A DNA stretch of 64,000 nucleotides, taken from NCBI RefSeq assembly GCF_009914755.1, contig NC_060935.1; one strand, written 5' to 3'. Positions within the stretch are counted from its first letter, which is position 1. The number at the start of each line of letters is the position of its first letter. The translations under genes were made by a program, and so were the position numbers. The DNA is from the human T2T-CHM13v2.0 reference genome, Homo sapiens. Under the pieces are notes generated by a model. It saw only the letters and a program-made list of their open reading frames with translations, was not told the DNA's origin and did no database searches. Positions 1 through 12,700 of this stretch are shown here, one piece after another.

Positions 1-91
1 ACTAACAGAGCTGAACATTCCTTTAGATGGAGCTGTTTCCAAACCCACTTTCTGTAGAACCTGCAAGTGGATATTTGGACCTCTCTGAGGA

Positions 92-108
92 TTTCGTTGG
101 AAACGGGA
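92..108 (+). other. Canonical CENP-B box (first B monomer), recurring every 850 bp
   Basis: TTTCGTTGGAAACGGGA matches the consensus YTTCGTTGGAARCGGGA perfectly. Confidence 0.97.
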
Positions 109-258
109 TAAACTTCCCAGAACTACACGGAAGCATTGTGAGAAACTTCTTTGTGATGTTTGCATTCAACTCACAGAGTTGAAACTTGCTTTCATAGTTC
201 AGCTTTCAAACACTCTTTTTGTAGAATCTGCAAGTGGATATTTGGACCACTTTGTGGC

Positions 259-275
259 CTTCCTTCGAAACGGGT
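259..275 (+). other. Degenerate CENP-B box (second B-type monomer), predicted non-binding, recurring every 850 bp
   Basis: CTTCCTTCGAAACGGGT has TTCC in place of the essential TTCG of NTTCGNNNNANNCGGGN. The change is fixed in the copies read. Confidence 0.85.
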
Positions 276-429
276 ATATCTTCACATCAAACCTAGACAG
301 AAGCATTCTCAGAATGTTTCCTGTGATGACTGCATTCAACTCCCAGAGGTGAACAATCCTGCTGATGGAGCAGTTTTGAAACTCTCTTTCTTTGGATTCT
401 GCAAGTGGATATGTGGACCTCTGTGAAGA

Positions 430-446
430 TTTCGTTGGAAACGGGT
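430..446 (+). other. Intact CENP-B box (third B monomer), recurring every 850 bp
   Basis: TTTCGTTGGAAACGGGT retains all nine essential positions of NTTCGNNNNANNCGGGN. Confidence 0.95.
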
Positions 447-600
447 TCATCTTCACAGAAAAACTAAACAGGAGCATTCTCAGAAACTGCTTTGTGATGT
501 TTGTGTTCCACTTCAAGAATTGAACTTTCCTCTTGACAGAGCAGCTCTGAAACCCTCTTTTTCTAGAATCTGCAAGTGGACATTTGGAGGGCTTTGAGGC

Positions 601-617
601 CTGTGGTGGAAAAGGAA
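601..617 (+). other. A-box / pJalpha-type motif (A monomer) at the position homologous to the CENP-B box
   Basis: CTGTGGTGGAAAAGGAA lies 171 bp after the box at 430 and resembles the A-type consensus CTAYGGTGRAAAAGGAA. Confidence 0.8.
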
Positions 618-770
618 AATCTTCACATAAAAACTAGATGGAAGCATTCTCAGAAACTACTTTGTGATGATTGCATTCGACTCACAGAGTTGAACATTCC
701 TATAGATAGAGCAGGTTGTAAACAATGTTTTTGTAGAATCTGCGATTGGAGATTTGGACTGCTTTGAGGC

Positions 771-787
771 CTACTGTAGTAAAGGAA
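771..787 (+). other. Diverged A-box motif (second A monomer)
   Basis: CTACTGTAGTAAAGGAA sits at the homologous position and has no CENP-B core. Confidence 0.75.
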
Positions 788-3700
788 ATAACTTCATCTA
801 AAAACCAAACGGAAGCATTCACAGACAATTCTTAGTGATCATTGGATTGAACTAACAGAGCTGAACATTCCTTTAGGTGGAGCAGTTTCCAAACCCACTT
901 TCTGTAGAATCTGCAAGTGGATATTTGGACTTCTCTGAGGATTTCGTTGGAAACGGGATAAACTTCCCAGAACTACACGGAAGCATTGTGAGAAACTTCT
1001 TTGTGATGTTTGCATTCAACTCACAGAGTTGAACCTTGCTTTCATAGTTCAGCTTTCAAACACTCTTTTTGTAGAATCTGCAAGTGGATATTTGGACCAC
1101 TTTGTGGCCTTCCTTCGAAACGGGTATATCTTCACATCAAACCTAGACAGAAGCATTCTCAGAATGTTTCCTGTGATGACTGCATTCAACTCACAGAGGT
1201 GAACAATCCTGCTGATGGAGCAGTTTTGAAACTCTCTTTCTTTGGATTCTGCAAGTGGATATGTGGACCTCTGTGAAGATTTCGTTGTAAACGGGTTCAT
1301 CTTCACAGAAAAACTAAACAGGAGCATTCTCAGAAACTGCTTTGTGATGTTTGTGTTCCACTTCAAGAATTGAACTTTCCTCTTGACAGAGCAGCTCTGA
1401 AACCCTCTTTTTCTAGAATCTGCAAGTGGACATTTGGAGGGCTTTGAGGCCTGTGGTGGAAAAGGAAAATCTTCACATAAAAACTAGATGGAAGCATTCT
1501 CAGAAACTACTTTGTGATGATTGCATTCGACTCACAGAGTTGAACATTCCTATAGATAGAGCAGGTTGTAAACAATCTTTTTGTAGAATCTGCGATTGGA
1601 GATTTGGACTGCTTTGAGGCCTACTGTAGTAAAGGAAATAACTTCATCTAAAAACCAAACGGAAGCATTCACAGACAATTCTTAGTGATCATTGGATTGA
1701 ACTAACAGAGCTGAACATTCCTTTAGATGGAGCAGTTTCCAAACCCACTTTCTGTAGAATCTGCAAGTGGATATTTGGACTTCTCTGAGGATTTCGTTGG
1801 AAACGGGATAAACTTCCCAGAACTACAGGGAAGCATTGTGAGAAACTTCTTTGTGATGTTTGCATTCAACTCACAGAGTTGAACCTTGCTTTCATAGTTC
1901 AGCTTTCAAACACTCTTTTTGTAGAATCTGCAAGTGGATATTTGGACCACTTTGTGGCCTTCCTTCGAAACGGGTATATCTTCACATCAAACCTAGACAG
2001 AAGCATTCTCAGAATGTTTCCTGTGATGACTGCATTCAACTCACAGAGGTGAACAATCCTGCTGATGGAGCAGTTTTGAAACTCTCTTTCTTTGGATTCT
2101 GCAAGTGGATATGTGGACCTCTGTGAAGATTTCGTTGTAAACGGGTTCATCTTCACAGAAAAACTAAACAGAATCATTCTCAGAAACTGCTTTGTGATGT
2201 TTGTGTTCCACTTCAGGAATTGAACTTTCCTCTTGACAGAGCAGCTCTGAAACCCTCTTATTCTAGAATCTGCAAGTGGACATTTGGAGGGCTTTGAGGC
2301 CTGTGGTGGAAAAGGAAAATCTTCACATAAAAACTAGATGGAAGCATTCTCAGAAACTACTTTGTGATGATTGCATTCGACTCACAGAGTTGAACATTCC
2401 TATAGATAGAGCAGGTTGTAAACAATCTTTTTGTAGAATCTGCGATTGGAGATTTGGACTGCTTTGAGGCCTACTGTAGTAAAGGAAATAACTTCATCTA
2501 AAAACCAAACGGAAGCATTCACAGACAATTCTTAGTGATCATTGGATTGAACTAACAGAGCTGAACATTCCTTTAGATGGCGCAGTTTCCAAACACACTT
2601 TCTGTAGAATCTGCAAGTGGATATTTGGACTTCTCTGAGGATTTCGTTGGAAACGGGATAAACTTCCCAGAACTACACGGAAGCATTGTGAGAAACTTCT
2701 TTGTGATGTTTGCATTCAACTCACAGAGTTGAACCTTGCTTTCATAGTTCAGCTTTCCAACACTCTTTTTGTAGAATCTGCAAGTGGATATTTGGACCAC
2801 TTTGTGGCCTTCCTTCGAAACGGGTATATCTTCACATCAAACCTAGACAGAAGCATTCTCAGAATGTTTCCTGTGATGACTGCATTCAACTCACAGAGGT
2901 GAACAATCCTGCTGATGGAGCAGTTTTGAAACTCTCTTTCTTTGGATTCTGCAAGTGGATATGTGGACCTCTGTGAAGATTTCGTTGGAAACGGGTTCAT
3001 CTTCACAGAAAAACTAAACAGGAGCATTCTCAGAAACTGCTTTGTGATGTTTGTGTTCCACTTCAAGAATTGAACTTTCCTCTTGACAGAGCAGCTCTGA
3101 AACCCTCTTTTTCTAGAATCTGCAAGTGGACATTTGGAGGGCTTTGAGGCCTGTGGTGGAAAAGGAAAATCTTCACATAAAAACTAGATGGAAGCATTCT
3201 CAGAAACTACTTTGTGATGATTGCATTCGACTCACAGAGTTGAACATTCCTATAGATAGAGCAGGTTGTAAACAATCTTTTTGTAGAATCTGCGATTGGA
3301 GATTTGGACTGCTTTGAGGCCTACTGTAGTAAAGGAAATAACTTCATCTAAAAACCAAACGGAAGCATTCACAGACAATTCTTAGTGATCATTGGATTGA
3401 ACTAACAGAGCTGAACATTCCTTTAGATGGAGCAGTTTCCAAACCCACTTTCTGTAGAATCTGCAAGTGGATATTTGGACTTCTCTGAGGATTTCGTTGG
3501 AAACGGGATAAACTTCCCAGAAATACACGGAAGTATTGTGAGAAACTTCTTTGTGATGTTTGCATTCAACTCACAGAGTTGAACCTTGCTTTCATAGTTC
3601 AGCTTTCAAACACTCTTTTTGTAGAATCTGCAAGTGGATATTTGGACCACTTTGTGGCCGTCCTTCGAAACGGGTATATCTTCACATCAAACCCAGACAG

Positions 3701-6700
3701 AAGCATTCTCAGAATGTTTCCTGTGATGACTGCATTCAACTCACAGAGATGAACAATCCTGTTGATGGAGCAGTTTTGAAACTCTCTTTCTTTGGATTCT
3801 GCAAGTTGATATGTGGACCTCTGTGAAGATTTCGTTGGAAACGGGTTCATCTTCACAGAGAAACTAAACAGAAGCATTCTCAAAAACTACTTTGTGATGT
3901 TTGTGTTCCACTTCAAGAATTGAACTTTCCTCTTGACAGAGCAGCTCTGAAAACCTCTTTTTCTAGAATCTGCAAGTGGACATTTGGAGGGCTTTGAGGC
4001 CTGTGGTGGAAAAGGAAAATCTTTACATAAAAACTAGATGGAAGCATTCTCAGAAACTACTTTGTGATGATTGCATTCGACTCACAGAGTTGAACATTCC
4101 TATAGATAGAGCAGGTTGTAAACAATCTTTTTGTAGAATCTGCGGTTGGAGATTTGGACTGCTTTGAGGCCTACTGTAGTAAAGGAAATAACTTCATCTA
4201 AAAACCAAACGGAAGCATTCACAGACAATTCTTAGTGATCATTGGTTTGAACTAACAGAGCTGAACATTCCTTTAGATGGAGTAGTTTCCAAACACACTT
4301 TCTGTAGAATCTGCAAGTGGATATTTGGACTTCTCTGAGGATTTCGTTGGAAACGGGATAAACTTCCCAGAACTACACGGAAGCATTGTGAGAAACTTCT
4401 TTGTGATGTTTGCATTCAACTCACAGAGTTGAACCTTGCTTTCATAGTTCAGCTTTCAAACACTCTTTTTGTAGAATCTGCAAGTGGATATTTGGACCAC
4501 ATTGTGGCCTTCCTTCGAAACGGGTATATCTTCACATCAAACCTAGACAGAAGCATTCTCAGAATGTTTCCTGTGATGACTGCATTCAACTCCCAGAGGT
4601 GAACAATCCTGCTGATGGAGCAGTTTTGAAACTCTCTTTCTTTGGATTCTGCAAGTGGATATGTGGACCTCTGTGAAGATTTCGTTGGAAACGGGTTCAT
4701 CTTCACAGAAAAACTAAACAGGAGCATTCTCAGAAACTGCTTTGTGATGTTTGTGTTCCACTTCAGGAATTGAACTTTCCTCTTGACAGAGCAGCTCTGA
4801 AACCCTCTTTTTCTAGAATCTGCAAGTGGACATTTGGAGGGCTTTGAGGCCTGTGGTGGAAAAGGAAAATCTTCACATAAAAACTAGATGGAAGCATTCT
4901 CAGAAACTACTTTGTGATGATTGCATTCGACTCACAGAGTTGAACATTCCTATAGATAGAGCAGGTTTTAAACAATGTTTTTGTAGAATCTGCGATTGGA
5001 GATTTGGACTGCTTTGAGGCCTACTGTAGTAAAGGAAATAACTTCATCTAAAAACCAAACGGAAGCATTCACAGACAATTCTTAGTGATCATTGGATTGA
5101 ACTAACAGAGCTGAACATTCCTTTAGATGGAGCAGTTTCCAAACACACTTTCTGTAGAATCTGCAAGTGGATATTTGGACTTCTCTGAGGATTTCGTTGG
5201 AAACGGGATAAACTTCCCAGAACTACACGGAAGCATTGTGAGAAACTTCTTTGTGATGTTTGCATTCAACTCACAGAGTTGAACCTTGCTTTCATAGTTC
5301 AGCTTTCAAACACTCTTTTTGTAGAATCTGCAAGTGGATATTTGGACCACTTTGTGGCCTTCCTTCGAAACGGGTATATCTTCACATCAAACCTAGACAG
5401 AAGCATTCTCAGAATGTTTCCTGTGATGACTGCATTCAACTCACAGAGGTGAACAATCCTGCTGATGGAGCAGTTTTGAAACTCTCTTTCTTTGGATTCT
5501 GCAAGTGGATATGTGGACCTCTGTGAAGATTTCGTTGGAAACGGGTTCATCTTCACAGAAAAACTAAACAGAAGCATTCTCAGAAACTGCTTTGTGATGT
5601 TTGTGTTCCACTTCAGGAATTGAACTTTCCTCTTGACAGAGCAGCTCTGAAACCCTCTTATTCTAGAATCTGCAAGTGGACATTTGGAGGGCTTTGAGGC
5701 CTGTGGTGGAAAAGGAAAATCTTCACATAAAAACTAGATGGAAGGATACTCAGAAACTACTTTGTGATAATTGCATTCGACTCACAGAGTTGAACATTCC
5801 TATAGATAGAGCAGGTTGTAAACAATCTTTTTGTAGAATCTGCGATTGGAGATTTGGACTGCTTTGAGGCCTACTGTAGTAAAGGAAATAACTTCATCTA
5901 AAAACCAAACGGAAGCATTCACAGACAATTCTTAGTGATCATTGGATTGAACTAACAGAGCTGAACATTCCTTTAGATGGAGCAGTTTCCAAACACACTT
6001 TCTGTAGAATCTGCAAGTGGATATTTGGACTTCTCTGAGGATTTCGTTGGAAATGGGATAAACTTCCCAGAACTACACGGAAGCATTGTGAGAAACTTCT
6101 TTGTGATGTTTGCATTCAACTCACAGAGTTGAACCTTGCTTTCATAGTTCAGCTTTCAAACACTCTTTTTGTAGAATCTGCAAGTGGATATTTGGACCAC
6201 TTTGTGGCCTTCCTTCGAAACGGGTATATCTTCACATCAAACCTAGACAGAAGCATTCTCAGAATGTTTCCTGTGAAGACTGCATTCAACTCACAGAGAT
6301 GAACAATCCTGTTGATGGAGCACTTTGGAAACTCTCTTTCTTTGGATTCTGCAAGTTGAAATGTGGACCTCTGTGAAGATTTCGTTGGAAACGGGTTCAT
6401 CTTCACAGAAAAACTAAACAGAAGCATTCTCAAAAACTACTTTGTGATGTTTGTGTTCCACTTCAAGAATTGAACTTTCCTCTTGACAGAGCAGCTCTGA
6501 AAACCTCTTTTTCTAGAATCTGCAAGTGGACATTTGGAGGGCTTTGAGGCCTGTGGTGGAAAAGGAAAATCTTCACATAAAAACTAGATGGAAGCATTCT
6601 CAGAAACTACTTTGTGATGATTGCATTCGACTCACAGAGTTGAACATTCCTATAGATAGAGCAGGTTGTAAACAATCTTTTTGTAGAATCTGCGATTGGA

Positions 6701-9700
6701 GATTCGGACTGCTTTGAGGCCTACTGTACTAAAGGAAATAACTTCATCTAAAAACCAAACGGAAGCATTCACAGACAATTCTTAGTGATCATTGCATTGA
6801 ACTAACAGAGCTGAACATTCCTTTAGATGGCGCAGTTTCCAAACACACTTTCTGTAGAATCTGCAAGTGGATATTTGGACCTCTCTGAGGATTTCGTTGG
6901 AAACGGGATAAACTTCCCACAACTACACGGAAGCATGCTGAGAAACTTCTTTGTGATGTTTGCATTCAACTCACAGAGTTGAACCTTGCTTTCATAGTTC
7001 AGCTTTCAAACACTCTTTTTGTAGAATCTGCAAGTGGATATTTGGACCACTTTGTGGCCTTCCTTCGAAACGGGTATATCTTCACATCAAACCTAGACAG
7101 AAGCATTCTCAGAATGTTTCCTGTGATGACTGCATTCAACTCACAGAGGTGAACAATCCTGCTGATGGAGCAGTTTTGAAACTCTCTTTCTTTGGATTCT
7201 GCAAGTGGATATGTGGACCTCTGTGAAGATTTCGTTGGAAACGGGTTCATCTTCACAGAAAAACTAAACAGAAGCATTCTCAGAAACTGCTTTGTGATGT
7301 TTGTGTTCCACTTCAGGAATTGAACTTTCCTCTTGACAGAGCAGCTCTGAAACCCTCTTTTTCTAGAATCTGCAAGTGGACATTTGGAGGGCTTTGAGGC
7401 CTGTGGTGGAAAAGGAAAATCTTCACATAAAAACTAGATGGAAGCATTCTCAGAAACTACTTTGTGATGATTGCATTCGACTCACAGAGTTGAACATTCC
7501 TATAGATAGAGCAGGTTGTAAACAATCTTTTTGTAGAATCTGCGATTGGAGATTTGGACTGCTTTGAGGCCTACTGTAGTAAAGGAAATAACTTCATCTA
7601 AAAACCAAACGGAAGCATTCACAGACAATTCTTAGTGATCATTGGATTGAACTAACAGAGCTGAACATTCCTTTAGATGGAGTAGTTTCCAAACACACTT
7701 TCTGTAGAATCTGCAAGTGGATATTTGGACTTCTCTGAGGATTTCGTTGGAAACGGGATAAACTTCCCAGAACTACACGGAAGCATTGTGAGAAACTTCT
7801 TTGTGATGTTTGCATTCAACTCACAGAGTTGAACCTTGCTTTCATAGTTCAGCTTTCAAACACTCTTTTTGTAGAATCTGCAAGTGGATATTTGGACCAC
7901 TTTGTGGCCTTCCTTCGAAACGGGTATATCTTCACATCAAACCTAGACAGAAGCATTCTCAGAATGTTTCCTGTGATGACTGCATTCAACTCACAGAGGT
8001 GAACAATCCTGCTGATGGAGCAGTTTTGAAACTCTCTTTCTTTGGATTCTGCAAGTGGATATGTGGACCTCTGTGAAGATTTCGTTGGAAACGGGTTCAT
8101 CTTCACAGAAAAACTAAACAGGAGCATTCTCAGAAACTGCTTTGTGATGTTTGTGTTCCACTTCAAGAATTGAACTTTCCTCTTGACAGAGCAGCTCTGA
8201 AACCCTCTTTTTCTAGAATCTGCAAGTGGACATTTGGAGGGCTTTGAGGCCTGTGGTGGAAAAGGAAAATCTTCACATAAAAACTAGATGGAAGCATTCT
8301 CAGAAACTACTTTGTGATGATTGCATTCGACTCACAGTGTTGAACATTCCTATAGATAGAGCAGGTTGTAAACAATCTTTTTGTAGAATCTGCGATTGGA
8401 GATTTGGACTGCTTTGAGGCCTACTGTAGTAAAGGAAATAACTTCATCTAAAAACCAAACGGAACCATTCACAGACAATTCTTAGTGATCATTGGATTGA
8501 ACTAACAGAGCTGAACATTCCTTTAGATGGAGCAGTTTCCAAACCCACTTTCTGTAGAATCTGCAAGTGGATATTTGGACTTCTCTGAGGATTTCGTTGG
8601 AAACGGGATAAACTTCCCAGAACTACACGGAAGCATTGTGAGAAACTTCTTTGTGATGTTTGCATTCAACTCACAGAGTTGAACCTTGCTTTCATAGTTC
8701 AGCTTTCAAACACTCTTTTTGTAGAATCTGCAAGTGGATATTTGGACCACTTTGTGGCCTTCCTTCGAAACGGGTATATCTTCACATCAAACCTAGAGAG
8801 AAGCATTCTCAGAATGTTTCCTGTGACGACTGCATTCAACTCACAGAGGTGAACAATCCTGCTGATGGAGCAGTTTTGAAACTCTCTTTCTTTGGATTCT
8901 GCAAGTGGATATGTGGACCTCTGTGAAGATTTCGTTGGAAACGGGTTCATCTTCACAGAAAAACTAAACAGAAGCATTCTCAGAAACTGCTTTGTGATGT
9001 TTGTGTTCCACTTCAGGAATTGAACTTTCCTCTTGACAGAGCAGCTCTGAAACCCTCTTATTCTAGAATCTGCAAGTGGACATTTGGAGGGCTTTGAGGC
9101 CTGTGGTGGAAAAGGAAAATCTTCACATAAAAACTAGATGGAAGCATTCTCAGAAACTACTTTGTGATAATTGCATTCGACTCACAGAGTTGAACATTCC
9201 TATAGATAGAGCAGGTTGTAAACAATCTTTTTGTAGAATCTGCGATTGGAGATTTGGACTGCTTTGAGGCCTACTGTAGTAAAGGAAATAACTTCATCTA
9301 AAAACCAAACGGAAGCATTCACAGACAATGCTTAGTGATCATTGCATTGAACTAACAGAGCTGAACATTCCTTTAGATGGAGCAGTTTCCAAACACACTT
9401 TCTGTATAACCTGCAAGTGGATATTTGGACCTCTCTGAGGATTTCGTTGGAAACGGGATAAACTTCCCAGAACTACACGGAAGCATTGTGAGAAACTTCT
9501 TTGTGATGTTTGCATTCAACTCACAGAGTTGAACCTTGCTTTCATAGTTCAGCTTTCAAACACTCTTTTTGTAGAATCTGCAAGTGGATATTTGGACCAC
9601 TTTGTGGCCTTCCTTCGAAACGGGTATACATTCACATCAAACCTAGACAGAAGCATTCTCAGAATGTTTCCTGTGATGACTGCATTCAACTCACAGAGGT

Positions 9701-12700
9701 GAACAATCCTGCTGATGGAGCAGTTTTGAAACTCTCTTTCTTTGGATTCTGCAAGTGGATATGTGGACCTCTGTGAAGATTTCGTTGGAAACGGGTTCAT
9801 CTTCACAGAAAAACTAAACAGAAACATTCTCAGAAACTGCTTTGTGATGTTTGTGTTCCACTTCAGGAATTGAACTTTCCTCTTGACAGAGCAGCTCTGA
9901 AACCCTCTTATTCTAGAATGTGCAAGTGGACATTTGGAGGGCTTTGAGGCCTGTGGTGGAAAAGGAAAATCTTCACATAAAAACTAGATGGAAGCATTCT
10001 CAGAAACTACTTTGTGATGATTGCATTCGACTCACAGAGTTGAACATTCCTATAGATAGAGCAGGTTGTAAACAATCTTTTTGTACAATCTGGGATTGGA
10101 GATTTGGACTGCTTTGAGGCCTACTGTAGTAAAGGAAATAACTTCATCTAAAAACCAAACGGAAGCATTCACAGACAATTCTTAGTGATCATTGGATTGA
10201 ACTAACAGAGCTGAACATTCCTTTAGATGGCGCAGTTTCCAAACACACTTTCTGTAGAATCTGCAAGTGGATATTTGGACTTCTCTGAGGATTTCGTTGG
10301 AAACGGGATAAACTTCCCAGAACTACACGGAAGCATTGTGAGAAACTTCTTTGTGATGTTTGCATTCAACTCACAGAGTTGAACCTTGCTTTCATAGTTC
10401 AGCTTTCAAACACTCTTTTTGTAGAATCTGCAAGTGGATATTTGGACCACTTTGTGGCCTTCCTTCGAAACGGGTATATCTTCACATCAAACCTAGACAG
10501 AAGCATTCTCAGAATGTTTCCTGTGATGACTGCATTCAACTCACAGAGGTGAACAATCCTGCTGATGGAGCAGTTTTGAAACTCTCTTTCTTTGGATTCT
10601 GCAAGTGGATATGTGGACCTCTCTGAAGATTTCGATGGAAACGGGTTCATCTTTACAGAAAAACTAAACAGGAGCATTCTCAGAAACTGCTTTGTGATGT
10701 TTGTGTTCCACTTCAAGAATTGAACTTTCCTCTTGACAGAGCAGCTCTGAAACCCTCTTATTCTAGAATCTGCAAGTGGACATTTGGAGGGCTTTGAGGC
10801 CTGTGTGGAAAAGGAAAATCTTCACATAAAAACTAGATGGAAGCATTCTCAGAAACTACTTTGTGATGATTGCATTCGACTCACAGAGTTGAACATTCCT
10901 ATAGATAGAGCAGGTTGTAAACAATCTTTTTGTAGAATCTGCGATTGGAGATTTGGACTGCTTTGAGGCCTACTGTAGTAAAGGAAATAACTTCATCTAA
11001 AAACCAAACGGAAGCATTCACAGACAATTCTTAGTGATCATTGGATTGAACTAACAGAGCTGAACATTCCTTTAGATGGAGCAGTTTCCAAACCCACTTT
11101 CTGTAGAATCTGCAAGTGGATATTTGGACTTCTCTGAGGATTTCGTTGGAAACGGGATAAACTTCCCAGAACTACACGGAAGCATTGTGAGAAACTTCTT
11201 TGTGATGTTTGCATTCAAGTCACAGAGTTGAACCTTACTTTCATAGTTCAGCTTTCAAACACTCTTTTTGTAGAATCTGCAAGTGGATATTTGGACCACT
11301 TTGTGGCCTTCCTTCGAAACGGGTATATCTTCACATCAAACCTAGACAGAAGCATTCTCAGAATGTTTCCTGTGATGACTGCATTCAACTCACAGAGGTG
11401 AACAATCCTGTTGATGGAGCAGTTTTGAAACTCTCTTTCTTTGGATTCTGCAAGTGGATATGTGGACCTCTGTGAAGATTTCGTTGGAAACGGGTTCATC
11501 TTCACAGAAAAACTAAACAGGAGCATTCTCAGAAACTGCTTTGTGATGTTTGTGTTCCACTTCAGGAATTGAACTTTCCTCTTGACAGAGCAGCTCTGAA
11601 ACCCTCTTATTCTAGAATCTGCAAGTGGACATTTGGAGGGCTTTGAGGCCTGTGGTGGAAAAGGAAAATCTTCACATAAAAACTAAATGGAAGCATTCTC
11701 AGAAACTACTTTGTGATGATTGCATTCGACTCACAGAGTTGAACATTCCTATAGATAGAGCAGGTTGTAAACAATCTTTTTGTAGAATCTGCGATTGGAG
11801 ATTTGGACTGCTTTGAGGCCTACTGTAGTAAAGGAAATAACTTCATCTAAAAACCAAACCGAAGCATTCACAGACAATTCATAGTGATCATTGGATTGAA
11901 CTAACAGAGCTGAACATTCCTTTAGATGGAGCAGTTTCCAAACCCACTTTCTGTAGAATCTGCAAGTGGATATTTGGACTTCTCTGAGGATTTCGTTGGA
12001 AACGGGATAAACTTCCCAGAACTACACGGAAGCATTGTGAGAAACTTCTTTGTGATGTTTGCATTCAACTCACAGAGTTGAACCTTGCTTTCATAGTTCA
12101 GCTTTCAAACACTCTTTTTGTAGAATCTGCAAGTGGATATTTGGACCACTTTGTGGCCTTCCTTCGAAACGGGTATATCTTCACATCAAACCTAGACAGA
12201 AGCATTCTCAGAATGTTTCCTGTGATGACTGCATTCAATTCACAGAGGTGAACAATCCTGTTGATGGAGCAGTTTTGAAACTCTCTTTCTTTGGATTCTG
12301 CAAGTTGATATGTGGACCTCTGTGAAGATTTCGTTGGAAACGGGTTCATCTTCACAGAAAAACTAAACAGAAGCATTCTCAGAAACTGCTTTGTGATGTT
12401 TGTGTTCCACTTCAAGAATTGAACTTTCCTCTTGACAGAGCAGCTCTGAAACCCTCTTTTTCTAGAATCTGCAAGTGGACATTTGGAGGGCTTTGAGGCC
12501 TGTGGTGGAAAAGGAAAATCTTCACATAAAAACTAGATGGAAGCATTCTCAGAAACTACTTTGTGATGATTGCATTCGACTCACAGAGTTGAACATTCCT
12601 ATAGATAGAGCAGGTTGTAAACAATCTTTTTGTAGAATCTGCGATTGGAGATTTGGACTGCTTTGAGGCCTACAGTAGTAAAGGAAATAACTTCATCTAA

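Larger units (their letters stand above)
562..1411 (+). repeat. Representative 850-bp HOR unit (XbaI to XbaI), five diverged monomers
   Basis: TCTAGA at 562-567 and 1412-1417. Homologous box positions at 92, 259, 430, 601, 771 and 942 give monomer lengths of 167, 171, 171, 170 and 171 bp, summing to 850. Confidence 0.97.

Noticed and set aside
700-712. TATA-like CCTATAGATAG as a promoter for centromeric transcripts
   Set aside because: It is a poor match to a TATA box. Alpha-satellite transcription is known but cannot be inferred or positioned from this sequence.
1171-1196. Short dyad CTGTGA...TCACAG in monomers (possible hairpin or cruciform)
   Set aside because: The stem is only about 6 bp with a 14-nt loop and is a generic feature of alphoid monomers. 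Nothing in the sequence supports a specific structure or terminator.
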